Under the pieces are notes generated by a model. That model worked only from the letters and a program-made list of their open reading frames with translations, was not told where the DNA came from and ran no database searches. Shown here piece after piece: positions 9,077 to 17,883 of a DNA stretch of 64,000 nucleotides. Both the position numbers and the translations under genes were made by a program. The stretch's first letter is position 1. Each line of letters opens with the position of its first letter. This DNA comes from Candidatus Poribacteria bacterium (GTDB lineage: Bacteria > Poribacteria > WGA-4E > WGA-3G): positions 142,872 through 206,871 of the forward strand of contig CBDHDL010000021.1 of the NCBI GenBank assembly GCA_965261435.1, written 5' to 3'.

Positions 9077-12000
9077 TCACATCACTGCTTCCACTTCCAA
9101 AACCCCGGATGCCACCAGTTCAGTCGTAATATCCGCCTTTTCTGTACCTTCTTCTAATTTCTGAATACGTCTATTGTATTCTGCCTCAGCATTGGCGAGC
9201 TGCTGGTGGCGCATCCGCTGAATGTTCGGGTCTGGCACCTTCTCAATTTGCATTTCAAGTAGCCTTATCCGTTTCTGATGACTCGTTGATAAGCTCTCCT
9301 TTTGATATTCAACAATTTCCCTGCTGTGTTCTCTATGCTTCTCACGTGCTGCAGTCCACATGGCATGGTGCTGTTCTTCCAATGCTTTCTGATCGGTTAA
9401 ACTCACCTCTTCACGTATATCGTTATCCTCAGCCGTTTCAAGCAAAGGACTAATATGCGGTGTCAACACCTCTGATGAGGTGATAGGCATAAAAACCCAA
9501 TCCTCTTTATTGCCGAGATACTCCCATTTGTAGATAGCAAATTGATAACGCCCCATGGGGACTTGATCGGTTCTAACTTTTAGTGTTGTAACGATCTCTC
9601 CTTCTGTGTCCAACGTCCTTGATGCCTGCTTTACCAATGGATGTATTGGCATAATGAACACAGCTTCAGGCTGCAGCTTTGCACTTTCCGCGTCAAATGT
9701 TATCGTTAGGTGCTGTTCAGTTCCCTTCAACCAATTCTCCCACTCGCGATAGACCTTTGTCCTCTCCCTTGGCAGTTGTTGAAAATCACGCAATAAAGTG
9801 TTTCGCGCATCTTCCGAAAGTCGGAGTGTTTTGAGGGATTTTTCACCGAGAATAAACTCCTGCTCTGTTGCGATTTTCCGCTGAAGATAACGCGTAACAA
9901 GTCGTTGGATTGATGTGGGAGTTAACCAATAACTGGATGCTTCTTCAACCTCTTTCTCCATCCCATGCTTGGGTAACGGATCACTGAAAAGGTCCAATTG
10001 TTGTGCTTCCAAGTTTTCTTGCTCTTGTAATAATCGAATTTCGTTATCTTCCAGCTGTTGTAACTTAGCTATTCTTTCCTCTTGGGTCAATTCAAAATCT
10101 TCGGCTATGTTTTGAAGTTCGGTTGTGATTTCTCCAAGAATTTTTTCACTACCACCCAATGCACTTTCAAATACACCGATACGTAGTAGACATCGTTCAT
10201 AGATATCCGCATCCACGGTGTCCGGCGTGATTAAATTGTAGATGGTAACGCTCTCACTCTCTTGGCCTCTCCTGTCAATACGTCCTATTCGTTGTTCAAT
10301 TTTCATCGGATTCCACGGCAGGTCGTAATTAACAATACAGTCGCAGAACTGGTAATCTAATCCCTCACATCCAACTTCAGAAAAAAGCATCAGGTCTATA
10401 CAATCGTTCTCAGTCCTTGATTTTTCAAATCGCTCGCTGAGTTGGCGGCGTTCTTCGTCTGGTACGCCGCCGTGGATCATCCCTACGCGAACTCCATCCG
10501 CTTTGAGATGCTTGTAAAGATATGCAAGTGTGTGTCGGAAACTGCTAAAAACCATGATTTTGTTATTGGTACGGTTTTCCCTTTCAAGAACGATTGTTTG
10601 GAGTTTCTGCAATTTCAAATCATCTGAATCAAGTTTTCCCACTTTTTCAAGAAGTGTTTGGATCTGTTCTTGGATTCGTGTTACAGTCTCTTGTGTCGGA
10701 ATTGCATCGGCAGCGTCAGCTTCGGTCCACTCAAGTTCATCAAATTGGCGTTTCAAAATACCTTCAATGAATGGTTCAAGTCCATAAAGACAACTTGCCA
10801 ACTGTCGTCGGAGTGTTGTCATCATGAAGTTAACACTCTTATCACCGTGAAGGCTGCGAAATATCTCTGCCTTTGTTTCAAGTAGCACTTCATGAATTTC
10901 TTCCTGTTTTGGTGTCAATGGAACTTCTATGGTTTGCGGCTTCCGAATGGTGAATTCACCGATATCGCGGCGGCGGGTTCTATTGATTATCCGTGAAAAT
11001 GTGTGGAGTGCTTCCATATCGGTGATAAGTTGTACGCGTTCTTTATCGGTGATCTGTCTGTTATCAAGCTGCTTTCTGATTCGTTTGAATTCGGGGTTTT
11101 TTTTGAAAATCGCTTGTCCCCATGCGGTTGCAGCTGCCTGATCAAGATTCTCCTTTACGTGCCGTTCCCAATCTATTTGTCGTGCGCGAGCTGCGTCCAC
11201 TGCTTGATTGATGAACGGATTCGGTTCCGCCATGTGCTCAAAACTTTCGTAATCCAAAACAAGATCAGGACGGAGAACATTTAGCAGTACGAACAAGTCA
11301 TGGTTGCCAAGCTGGATAGGTGTAGCGGTTAGAAAAACAGCTGCTTCCGCATTTTCGCAGAAAAACCGGACAGCTTCGTGGTTTGCAGTGGTTTGGTTTC
11401 GGATATGATGTGCTTCATCTACTATGACGAGATCAAAGTGAGGTGGCGGATCGAGGTCTGCAAGTCCTTTTCCTGTCCGCCGTTTGCGGCTACCGTCCGG
11501 ACCGTAAAGCCGTATTTTATCTAACAGTGAATAGGGGAGAATTGCTTTCTTATATTGCTCCGGCCATTCGCCATCCAGATGGGTTTCTTCAATACAATAT
11601 TTCAAAGTCTTTCCATCCAAATGCATAAAATCTTCATCAAACCTTTTCATTTCGCGCTGCCATTTTGCCTCTGCCACCAATGGACGCGGACATATAATTA
11701 GGACAGATCTGATGTCACCTCGTGCTTGTAATTCACGTAGAATTAAACCTGCCTCAATAGTTTTTCCTACGCCAACACTATCAGCAATTAGTAGTCTTGG
11801 TTGGTCAGACTTGATAAACTTCAAGACTGGTCGATACTGATAGGGAATAAAGTCAATCCGTGCGGTGTTGAGTGAATACAGAGTTGATAGAGCGGGGGAT
11901 TGGATTTGCAGCGCGGTGAGGTAGGCATGAAATCCTTCACATGAAAGTTGTAGAGACTCCTCTTCAGTTTCAACTTCAAGACGTAACTGAGATGCGAAAA

Positions 12001-12160
12001 AGGTTTGAACCTTATTGTTGACAAAAACTTTAACACTGTTTACCGGGTTGCCCGATATTATTTCAACAATTGCCCCGCGGATAGAAGGATCTGATTTCAG
12101 GTATACAATTTGACCTGGTGAAAACTCTATCGATTTAATATCGTTTGTTTCCATAAGCAT
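9077..12160 (-). CDS. SNF2-family (RapA/HepA-like) DEAH-box helicase
   Basis: Motif I LLIADSVGVGKTIEAG; motif II LVIVDEAHHIRN; motif III FLTATPIQ; a helicase-C region with the SNF2-type motif VI QRIGRIDRRGQ. 1027 aa. First gene of a two-gene minus-strand operon. Confidence 0.8.
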   Translation of the reverse strand: MLMETNDIKSIEFSPGQIVYLKSDPSIRGAIVEIISGNPVNSVKVFVNNKVQTFFASQLRLEVETEEESLQLSCEGFHAYLTALQIQSPALSTLYSLNTARIDFIPYQYRPVLKFIKSDQPRLLIADSVGVGKTIEAGLILRELQARGDIRSVLIICPRPLVAEAKWQREMKRFDEDFMHLDGKTLKYCIEETHLDGEWPEQYKKAILPYSLLDKIRLYGPDGSRKRRTGKGLADLDPPPHFDLVIVDEAHHIRNQTTANHEAVRFFCENAEAAVFLTATPIQLGNHDLFVLLNVLRPDLVLDYESFEHMAEPNPFINQAVDAARARQIDWERHVKENLDQAAATAWGQAIFKKNPEFKRIRKQLDNRQITDKERVQLITDMEALHTFSRIINRTRRRDIGEFTIRKPQTIEVPLTPKQEEIHEVLLETKAEIFRSLHGDKSVNFMMTTLRRQLASCLYGLEPFIEGILKRQFDELEWTEADAADAIPTQETVTRIQEQIQTLLEKVGKLDSDDLKLQKLQTIVLERENRTNNKIMVFSSFRHTLAYLYKHLKADGVRVGMIHGGVPDEERRQLSERFEKSRTENDCIDLMLFSEVGCEGLDYQFCDCIVNYDLPWNPMKIEQRIGRIDRRGQESESVTIYNLITPDTVDADIYERCLLRIGVFESALGGSEKILGEITTELQNIAEDFELTQEERIAKLQQLEDNEIRLLQEQENLEAQQLDLFSDPLPKHGMEKEVEEASSYWLTPTSIQRLVTRYLQRKIATEQEFILGEKSLKTLRLSEDARNTLLRDFQQLPRERTKVYREWENWLKGTEQHLTITFDAESAKLQPEAVFIMPIHPLVKQASRTLDTEGEIVTTLKVRTDQVPMGRYQFAIYKWEYLGNKEDWVFMPITSSEVLTPHISPLLETAEDNDIREEVSLTDQKALEEQHHAMWTAAREKHREHSREIVEYQKESLSTSHQKRIRLLEMQIEKVPDPNIQRMRHQQLANAEAEYNRRIQKLEEGTEKADITTELVASGVLEVEAVM

Positions 12161-12208
12161 TCCTCACATTTCAAATTATGGTTAACTATAGAAGTAATTC
12201 AAGAACAT

Positions 12209-12440
12209 ATCTCATAAATCATTTATATTAGGACTTATGCAAAATGACCAAATTTCACCTATTTTCACATGATTCAGGTATGTCAGAATACGCGTTTGGT
12301 ATTCTGAATTGGTTAGGAAACCGCACCTACCGGGGGAGTGCGTAAGTCCTATATATGTTGAATTCTGAGTTGTTTGTGATGTGTATTAGACTGATACAAC
12401 GGACAGGGAGACCCTGTCCCTACGAAAATAGGTTTTGCAT
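12209..12440. repeat. degenerate copy of a dispersed about 110-bp element ending in the hairpin GGACAGGG-aga-CCCTGTCC followed by TACGAA
   Basis: gaacatatctcataaatcatttata... at 12209 and gttgtttgtgatgtgtattagactgatacaacggacagggagaccctgtccctacgaaaa at 12373..12432 match the copies at 12693..12805 and 47968..48060. Confidence 0.55.
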
Positions 12441-12692
12441 ATCGGGTGGGGAAACCCCCTTCCTACGAACGGATCTGCTCATCATTTGAGTGTAGACAGA
12501 ACACTAATATGTTTACTTTATACATTATACATAACTATCATATTTCAGTCAATATTCAAAAAACATATTAAATGTCTTAGTATGATATTATAGGATATAA
12601 TATCATACATTCCGCAGTTGTTTAATCAGATTTTGAGTATTTTAGTGGGGGAAGTGCAGTATCAGGAACGGTCTTGCATGCTTTAGGTGTAG

Positions 12693-12805
12693 AACGTATC
12701 TCATAAATCATTTATATGGTGAGTTTTTTGTTGTTTGTGATGTGTAATAGACTGATACAACGGACAGGGAAACCCCGTCCCTACGAAAAACAGGTGCTTT
12801 AATCT
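12693..12805. repeat. second copy of the same dispersed element (GGACAGGG-N3-CCCNGTCC hairpin followed by TACGAA)
   Basis: gaacgtatctcataaatcatttatatggtgagttttttgttgtttgtgatgtgtaatagactgatacaacggacagggaaaccccgtccctacgaaaaacaggtgct is nearly identical to 47968..48060 plus 48248..48285. Confidence 0.6.
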
Positions 12806-13007
12806 TTATTAGGGACGAGATGTTTATTTTTCTATGCCGTTCCTACGGAACTCAAGAAAGGGGTGATAACGTTTTTCTATAAACATTTCGTCCCAAATGA
12901 AGTTAAAAAAAATAAGTCAGGTAATTGGGCGAGGTTAGGAAGAAATCAACGGTATGAATGCCATTTAGGCATTCCCCGCCTCGCCAGCAGAGTGGGGGTA
13001 ACTGCCT

Positions 13008-14462
13008 TCAACCCTTCACAACACCTATCGGACGCAAACGTGCGACTCGCCGTGAAAGTCCTGCTTCATCAACAACCCGGACTACTTCGTCGACATCTTT
13101 GTATGCTTCAGGTACCTCTTCCTGCAAGGTGCGTTTGCCTTCTGCGCGGACATAAATGCCTTTTTTCTCAAGGTCTTTCTGTATAGAACGTCCCTCAGTT
13201 AAGGCAATGGCTTTACGACGTGATAGCACTCTACCTGCGCCGTGACAGGTTGTCCCCCAAGTCTCTGCCATTGCACCAGGATTACCGACAAGTACATAAG
13301 ACGCAGTTCCCATATCACCCGGAATTAGTACCGGTTGACCAACTTTCTGATATTTTTCTGGGATCTCAGGATGTCCAGCTGGAAAAGCACGGGTTGCGCC
13401 TTTTCGGTGAATAAACAGCTCACGTTCCTCACCATCAACTTGATGTTTCTCGAATTTACCGATATTATGTGCGACATCGTATACGAGCTCCAATCCGAGT
13501 TCATCTTCTGTTGTATCAAAATACTTCATAAAGGTTTGGCGAACAAGGTGCATAATGCATTGTCGATTGTTCCATGCATAATTTGCACTACACGCCATAG
13601 CAGTGATGTAATCCTGACCTTCTGGGGAGTTGATTGGAGCGGACGCAAGTTGGCGATCAGGCAGGTTTATGCCGTATCTTTCTGTGACTTGAACCCAACT
13701 CTTTACGTGTTCATCGCAGATCTGATACCCGAATCCCCGTGAACCCGTATGGATCATGACACAGACATTTCCTACTTCCAATCCCATTGCCTCAGCCGCT
13801 TCCTGATAGAAGATACGGTCAACGACTTGTACCTCAAGAAAATGATTTCCTGAACCGAGTGTCCCGAGTTGGTTTTTCCCGCGTTCTAATGCGCGTTGAC
13901 TTGCGGCATCGGCACTTGCATGTTGTAGGATTCCTGTTGCTTCAGTGTATTTCAGATCATCTGGATGTCCGTATTCACGTTCAATTGCCCATTGCGCGCC
14001 TTTTTCTATCATGTATTTTTCTTCATTTAAGGATAGATTTATCTGTCCTCTTGAACCCACACCGCAAGGGACATTATCAAATAGTTCTCCGATGAGTCCT
14101 TTTGTTCTGCCTTGCAATTGTGTTGATTTTAGATTGGTTCTAATGAGTCGCACACCGCAGTTAATATCGTATCCAATACCACCTGGTGAAACAACCCCGT
14201 CAGCTTTTGGGTCGGTTGCTGCAACCCCACCGATGACAAAACCGTATCCCCAGTGTAAATCAGGCATAGCAAGTGAGTGTTTGACGATGCCGGGAAGATG
14301 TGCGACATTTGCGACCTGCTGCAATGCTTCATCACTTTTAGCTTGTTCAAGGAGTGCTTCGTTAGCATATATCATACCGTCCACACGCATGCCTTTCATA
14401 TAACTTTTTGGGATACGCCAACGGTAATCATCAATTTTTTGTAGTGTTACGTTTTGTGCCAT
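13008..14462 (-). CDS. rtcB: RNA-splicing ligase RtcB
   Basis: RtcB signatures GGIGYDINCGVRL and TTCHGAGRVLSRRKA. 484 aa. Confidence 0.9.
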   Translation of the reverse strand: MAQNVTLQKIDDYRWRIPKSYMKGMRVDGMIYANEALLEQAKSDEALQQVANVAHLPGIVKHSLAMPDLHWGYGFVIGGVAATDPKADGVVSPGGIGYDINCGVRLIRTNLKSTQLQGRTKGLIGELFDNVPCGVGSRGQINLSLNEEKYMIEKGAQWAIEREYGHPDDLKYTEATGILQHASADAASQRALERGKNQLGTLGSGNHFLEVQVVDRIFYQEAAEAMGLEVGNVCVMIHTGSRGFGYQICDEHVKSWVQVTERYGINLPDRQLASAPINSPEGQDYITAMACSANYAWNNRQCIMHLVRQTFMKYFDTTEDELGLELVYDVAHNIGKFEKHQVDGEERELFIHRKGATRAFPAGHPEIPEKYQKVGQPVLIPGDMGTASYVLVGNPGAMAETWGTTCHGAGRVLSRRKAIALTEGRSIQKDLEKKGIYVRAEGKRTLQEEVPEAYKDVDEVVRVVDEAGLSRRVARLRPIGVVKG

Positions 14463-14500
14463 GATAGTCCTTTCCGATGTGTTTGTTTATTTTATTCTTC

Positions 14501-15175
14501 TCACGCTTTTTGTGCCACCATACTTGCGAGGATCCCCAGGATCGTATCGCACTGGGATATATGATAGGCATTCATGTCAATGTAGAGTTTCTTTCCCTCC
14601 AATTTGAGGAAAAGCCAATTTATCCCGGATGTGATGGTTCCATAAATACAAGCGATGTTATTCCCTTCTTCAGCATTGAAACGTTGTGCAGCGACCATTT
14701 CTGCCACACACTGTCCTAATCCTACCAGAAAGTCATCCTTTTTCGCCTCAACAAGGAGGATGACTGGTGCCCTTAAAGAAAATTGACTTGGTGAAAGGCT
14801 TACCAAGAAATCGCAAACACCAGTAAGCCCTTCTTCAGCATTTACGTTAAAGTCGATCCCAGAAAAAAAACTGATGCGTCGTTCAAAGTGTTCCCTGAGC
14901 TCAACCAGAACATCTACAACAATAAGTTCTGATCTTGCTTTTTCAGTGTCAATAGCTAACGCTAAGGGGACATTTCGCTCCAACACCGAGGTGAGAAGTG
15001 TGCTTGGTGGTACAGGTTCTATATCGGCATAAATACCAGCAGCTTCTTCTGTTTTAAGGTTAAATGTTTTGCGTGCTTCCTCTAAGGTAAAATTGCTATA
15101 CGCCATGTAAGAGAATCTCCTTGGAAATAATTTACCAGTGTGAAAGGTCTTGCAACCCCGACGCACATCCAACAT
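14501..15175 (-). CDS. hypothetical protein with PD-(D/E)xK nuclease-like motifs
   Basis: IVVDVLVEL ... ILLVEAKKDD resembles the D ... E-x-K core of restriction-endonuclease-fold proteins. It lies immediately downstream of rtcB. The start may be the internal Met (MAYSNF...). Confidence 0.3.
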   Translation of the reverse strand: MLDVRRGCKTFHTGKLFPRRFSYMAYSNFTLEEARKTFNLKTEEAAGIYADIEPVPPSTLLTSVLERNVPLALAIDTEKARSELIVVDVLVELREHFERRISFFSGIDFNVNAEEGLTGVCDFLVSLSPSQFSLRAPVILLVEAKKDDFLVGLGQCVAEMVAAQRFNAEEGNNIACIYGTITSGINWLFLKLEGKKLYIDMNAYHISQCDTILGILASMVAQKA

Positions 15176-15305
15176 AAGTCAGAATGTTAGACCAGATGTT
15201 TATTATACAGCATTTTTCTGGAGAATGCAATATATCTGCTGAATCATAGATGACAGATTACGCGGACTTTGGTAAATGGAAGAGCAAAAATCTTCACCAC
15301 CTTCA

Positions 15306-16475
15306 TCATAGTGCTGATAGTTCAGGTAACTCCACCCACCTGCGTGATTTCCAAGATTCCATTCCTAATTCTGCTAACTGTACACCTTTCGCACCTTCAA
15401 GTAGTGTCCATGGGAACGGTTCATCTGCTACGACATGTTTGAGGAACAACTCCCACTGTGCTCTGAATGCATTTTCGTAAGTTTCCTGTTCCGGAACTTT
15501 AAGCCATCCATCAAAAAACTTGATCGGTTGTTCTATATCCGGATTCCAGACGGGACGCGGTGTTCCTGATAGTGGTTGTATCCAACAATCTCTTAAACCG
15601 ACAACTGCAGAACCGTTCAAACCATCTACGTGAATAGTTAATAGGTCATCTCTGCGTACTCGAACTGCCCATGAGGAGTTAAAATGTGCTATTATACCGT
15701 CTTCTAATTCAAAAGTTGCATAAGCTGCATCTTCTGCGGTGCATTGATACGGTTCTCCTGCTTCATCCCATCGTTGTGGTAGGTGTGTTGTAGCGATACA
15801 GGATACGCCTTTCACAGGACCGAATAGGTTGTCTAAGACATACCGCCAATGACTAAACATATCAAGAATAATCCCACCACCATCTTCTGAACGATAGTTC
15901 CAAGATGGTCGTTGTGTTGGTATAGCATCCCCTTGAAAGACCCAGTACCCAAACTCACCCCGGACAGCGATGATTTTTCCAAAAAAGTCAGCATCAATCA
16001 GTCGTTTCAGTTTCTGAATACCAGGTAACCAGAGTTTATCTTGGACGACTCCATTTTTGAGTCCAGCCTTTTCCGCGCGCTTATAAAGGTCATAAGCATC
16101 TTTTGTTGATGTCGCTGTCGGTTTTTCACAATATATGTGCTTGCCTGCTTTGATGGCGGCATTCACTGAATCAACTCTAAGTGAGGTAACCTGCGCATCA
16201 AAATAGACTGAATATGTATCATCCGCAAGTGCTGCCTTTAGGTCAGTACTCCATTTTTCAACACCGGTAGATTCAGACAATTTCTCTAATTTTGTCGGAT
16301 TTCTACCAACGAGAAATGGGTCAGGCATAATCACTTCACCATCACCGATTGGGATACCACCATCCTCTGCGATTGCTAAGAGTGATCGGATAAGGTGTTG
16401 GTTTGTACCCATCCTACCGGTAACTCCGTTCATGATGATTCCGACACGGTGTGTCTTCTGAGTATGGTTCGTCAT
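15306..16475 (-). CDS. Gfo/Idh/MocA family NAD(P)-dependent oxidoreductase
   Basis: N-terminal Rossmann region RVGIIMNGVTGRMG and the conserved KHIYCEKP motif. 389 aa. Confidence 0.8.
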   Translation of the reverse strand: MTNHTQKTHRVGIIMNGVTGRMGTNQHLIRSLLAIAEDGGIPIGDGEVIMPDPFLVGRNPTKLEKLSESTGVEKWSTDLKAALADDTYSVYFDAQVTSLRVDSVNAAIKAGKHIYCEKPTATSTKDAYDLYKRAEKAGLKNGVVQDKLWLPGIQKLKRLIDADFFGKIIAVRGEFGYWVFQGDAIPTQRPSWNYRSEDGGGIILDMFSHWRYVLDNLFGPVKGVSCIATTHLPQRWDEAGEPYQCTAEDAAYATFELEDGIIAHFNSSWAVRVRRDDLLTIHVDGLNGSAVVGLRDCWIQPLSGTPRPVWNPDIEQPIKFFDGWLKVPEQETYENAFRAQWELFLKHVVADEPFPWTLLEGAKGVQLAELGMESWKSRRWVELPELSAL

Positions 16476-16661
16476 TTAACTTCCTTTAATATCTGAAAAT
16501 GCAAGAATAGCACGTTATACCATTTCTATTAATTTTTCTCTCATTACCGCCTGTTTAGAAATGAAGCGGGGAACGGCACAATCTAACAGAATGTGCTACA
16601 ACAAAGCAACATTTTCAATTAGAAATGGTATTATTTGATAGGAGTTCTTATTGCACAATAT

Positions 16662-17165
16662 CTACGGTTTCGGTTTATCAGTACATTGTGGTGCAGCCCC
16701 TTTGGGTAAAGGTGGAACATCAATTCCTGCTTTTGGTAGTGTGCCGGCGAGTTCCTGTTTCCAATGGTCAACATCACCAGCAGGTCCGTAGCAGTAAACC
16801 ATCTTCATCGGCGTACTGCTTGTGTTTGTCAATTGGTGAAATACCCAGGAAGGAATAAAGACTGTTTGTCCAGATGAGATTGTCTGTTTTTCCTCACCAA
16901 GACACATCTCGCCTTCCCCTTCCACGATGAAGTAGATCTCTTCCTGTTCGTGGTTGTGCCAGGGTACCTGTCCACCATTGGGTTCCAAGACGACAAATCC
17001 CATACAGAATTCATCTATTTGGATAGGTGATGCACCTCCAACAAGATTTCTGGTTAATCTACGGGCAGGATATGTTCTGCCTTCCATTTCATTTACATCT
17101 GCGATTAACATTGTGTTATCCTTTCCAAGCAAATTTAATGAGACTCTATTCAAAAAGTTCAGCAA
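16662..17165 (-). CDS. cupin domain protein
   Basis: Cupin motifs PWHNHEQEEIYFIVEGEG and GQTVFIPSWVFHQ. Confidence 0.55.
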   Translation of the reverse strand: MLNFLNRVSLNLLGKDNTMLIADVNEMEGRTYPARRLTRNLVGGASPIQIDEFCMGFVVLEPNGGQVPWHNHEQEEIYFIVEGEGEMCLGEEKQTISSGQTVFIPSWVFHQLTNTSSTPMKMVYCYGPAGDVDHWKQELAGTLPKAGIDVPPLPKGAAPQCTDKPKP

Positions 17166-17264
17166 CTGAACAAGTAAATCCTTCTACTACATCTTCACCG
17201 CTGAGCGTATCATTTCGTGTAAGTGTTGTGATTTCTGTTTCTGAACGATAGACGGTCACTGTTT

Positions 17265-17741
17265 TTAATCGAGATTCAAGTACCCATACCAACTGTGTGC
17301 CTGCTTCAAGATATGCAAACACCTTTCTTGAATTTGATGAATCGTGTCAGTTGAAAATACTACCTCTACAGCAATATTTGGTGCGACATAGAATGACTTA
17401 TAATTGTAATCAGGAAGTCGCTCAGTTGAAATATAGGATAAATCTGGTATTAGTCCATATTCTCCAATTTTATATGCAGTGTATGGAAAATATATTCTTC
17501 CTATACTATTGTCACGAACATATTCACCTAAAAAGAAAGCAGTATTAGTACAAGCTCCTCCTAATTCCAATGTCTTTGGTTGCATATACACTAATTCTCC
17601 ATTAACATATTCATAACCCTCTAAGTCACTTTCAAGGAACTCCTCTAAGGTCATTACTGTCTTTCCAGGAGATAGGACATCTTGTTTGTAATGATAAATG
17701 TCTTGTGAATTCATGCATTTTCTCCAGTGTAAATTTGGCAT
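17265..17741 (-). CDS. Uma2 family (DUF820) putative endonuclease
   Basis: YEYVNGELVYMQP; GLIPDLSYIS; APNIAVEVVFSTD match the Uma2 PD-(D/E)xK pattern. The true start is probably the internal MTLEEF. Confidence 0.5.
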   Translation of the reverse strand: MPNLHWRKCMNSQDIYHYKQDVLSPGKTVMTLEEFLESDLEGYEYVNGELVYMQPKTLELGGACTNTAFFLGEYVRDNSIGRIYFPYTAYKIGEYGLIPDLSYISTERLPDYNYKSFYVAPNIAVEVVFSTDTIHQIQERCLHILKQAHSWYGYLNLD

Positions 17742-17825
17742 TTAGTTTATCTTCAATGTAATCATAATTTACCACATTATGCCGATATATTTCAACCGTT
17801 TTGTACTATAGAATGTATTCAAAAA

Positions 17826-17862
17826 GATAAGGCGTGAATGCGGAATGCACACACGCCTATTC
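17826..17862 (-). terminator. putative rho-independent terminator downstream of ppdK
   Basis: On the minus strand: AGGCGTG-loop-CACGCCT hairpin followed by TTATCTTTTT. Confidence 0.35.
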
Positions 17863-17883
17863 TGTGAAAAAACAAAATTATGA

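Noticed and set aside
12863-14403. Plus-strand ORFs 12863..13186, 13335..13742, 13787..14095 and 13945..14403
   Set aside because: They are antisense to rtcB or lie in the repeat-rich intergenic region, with no RBS or motifs.
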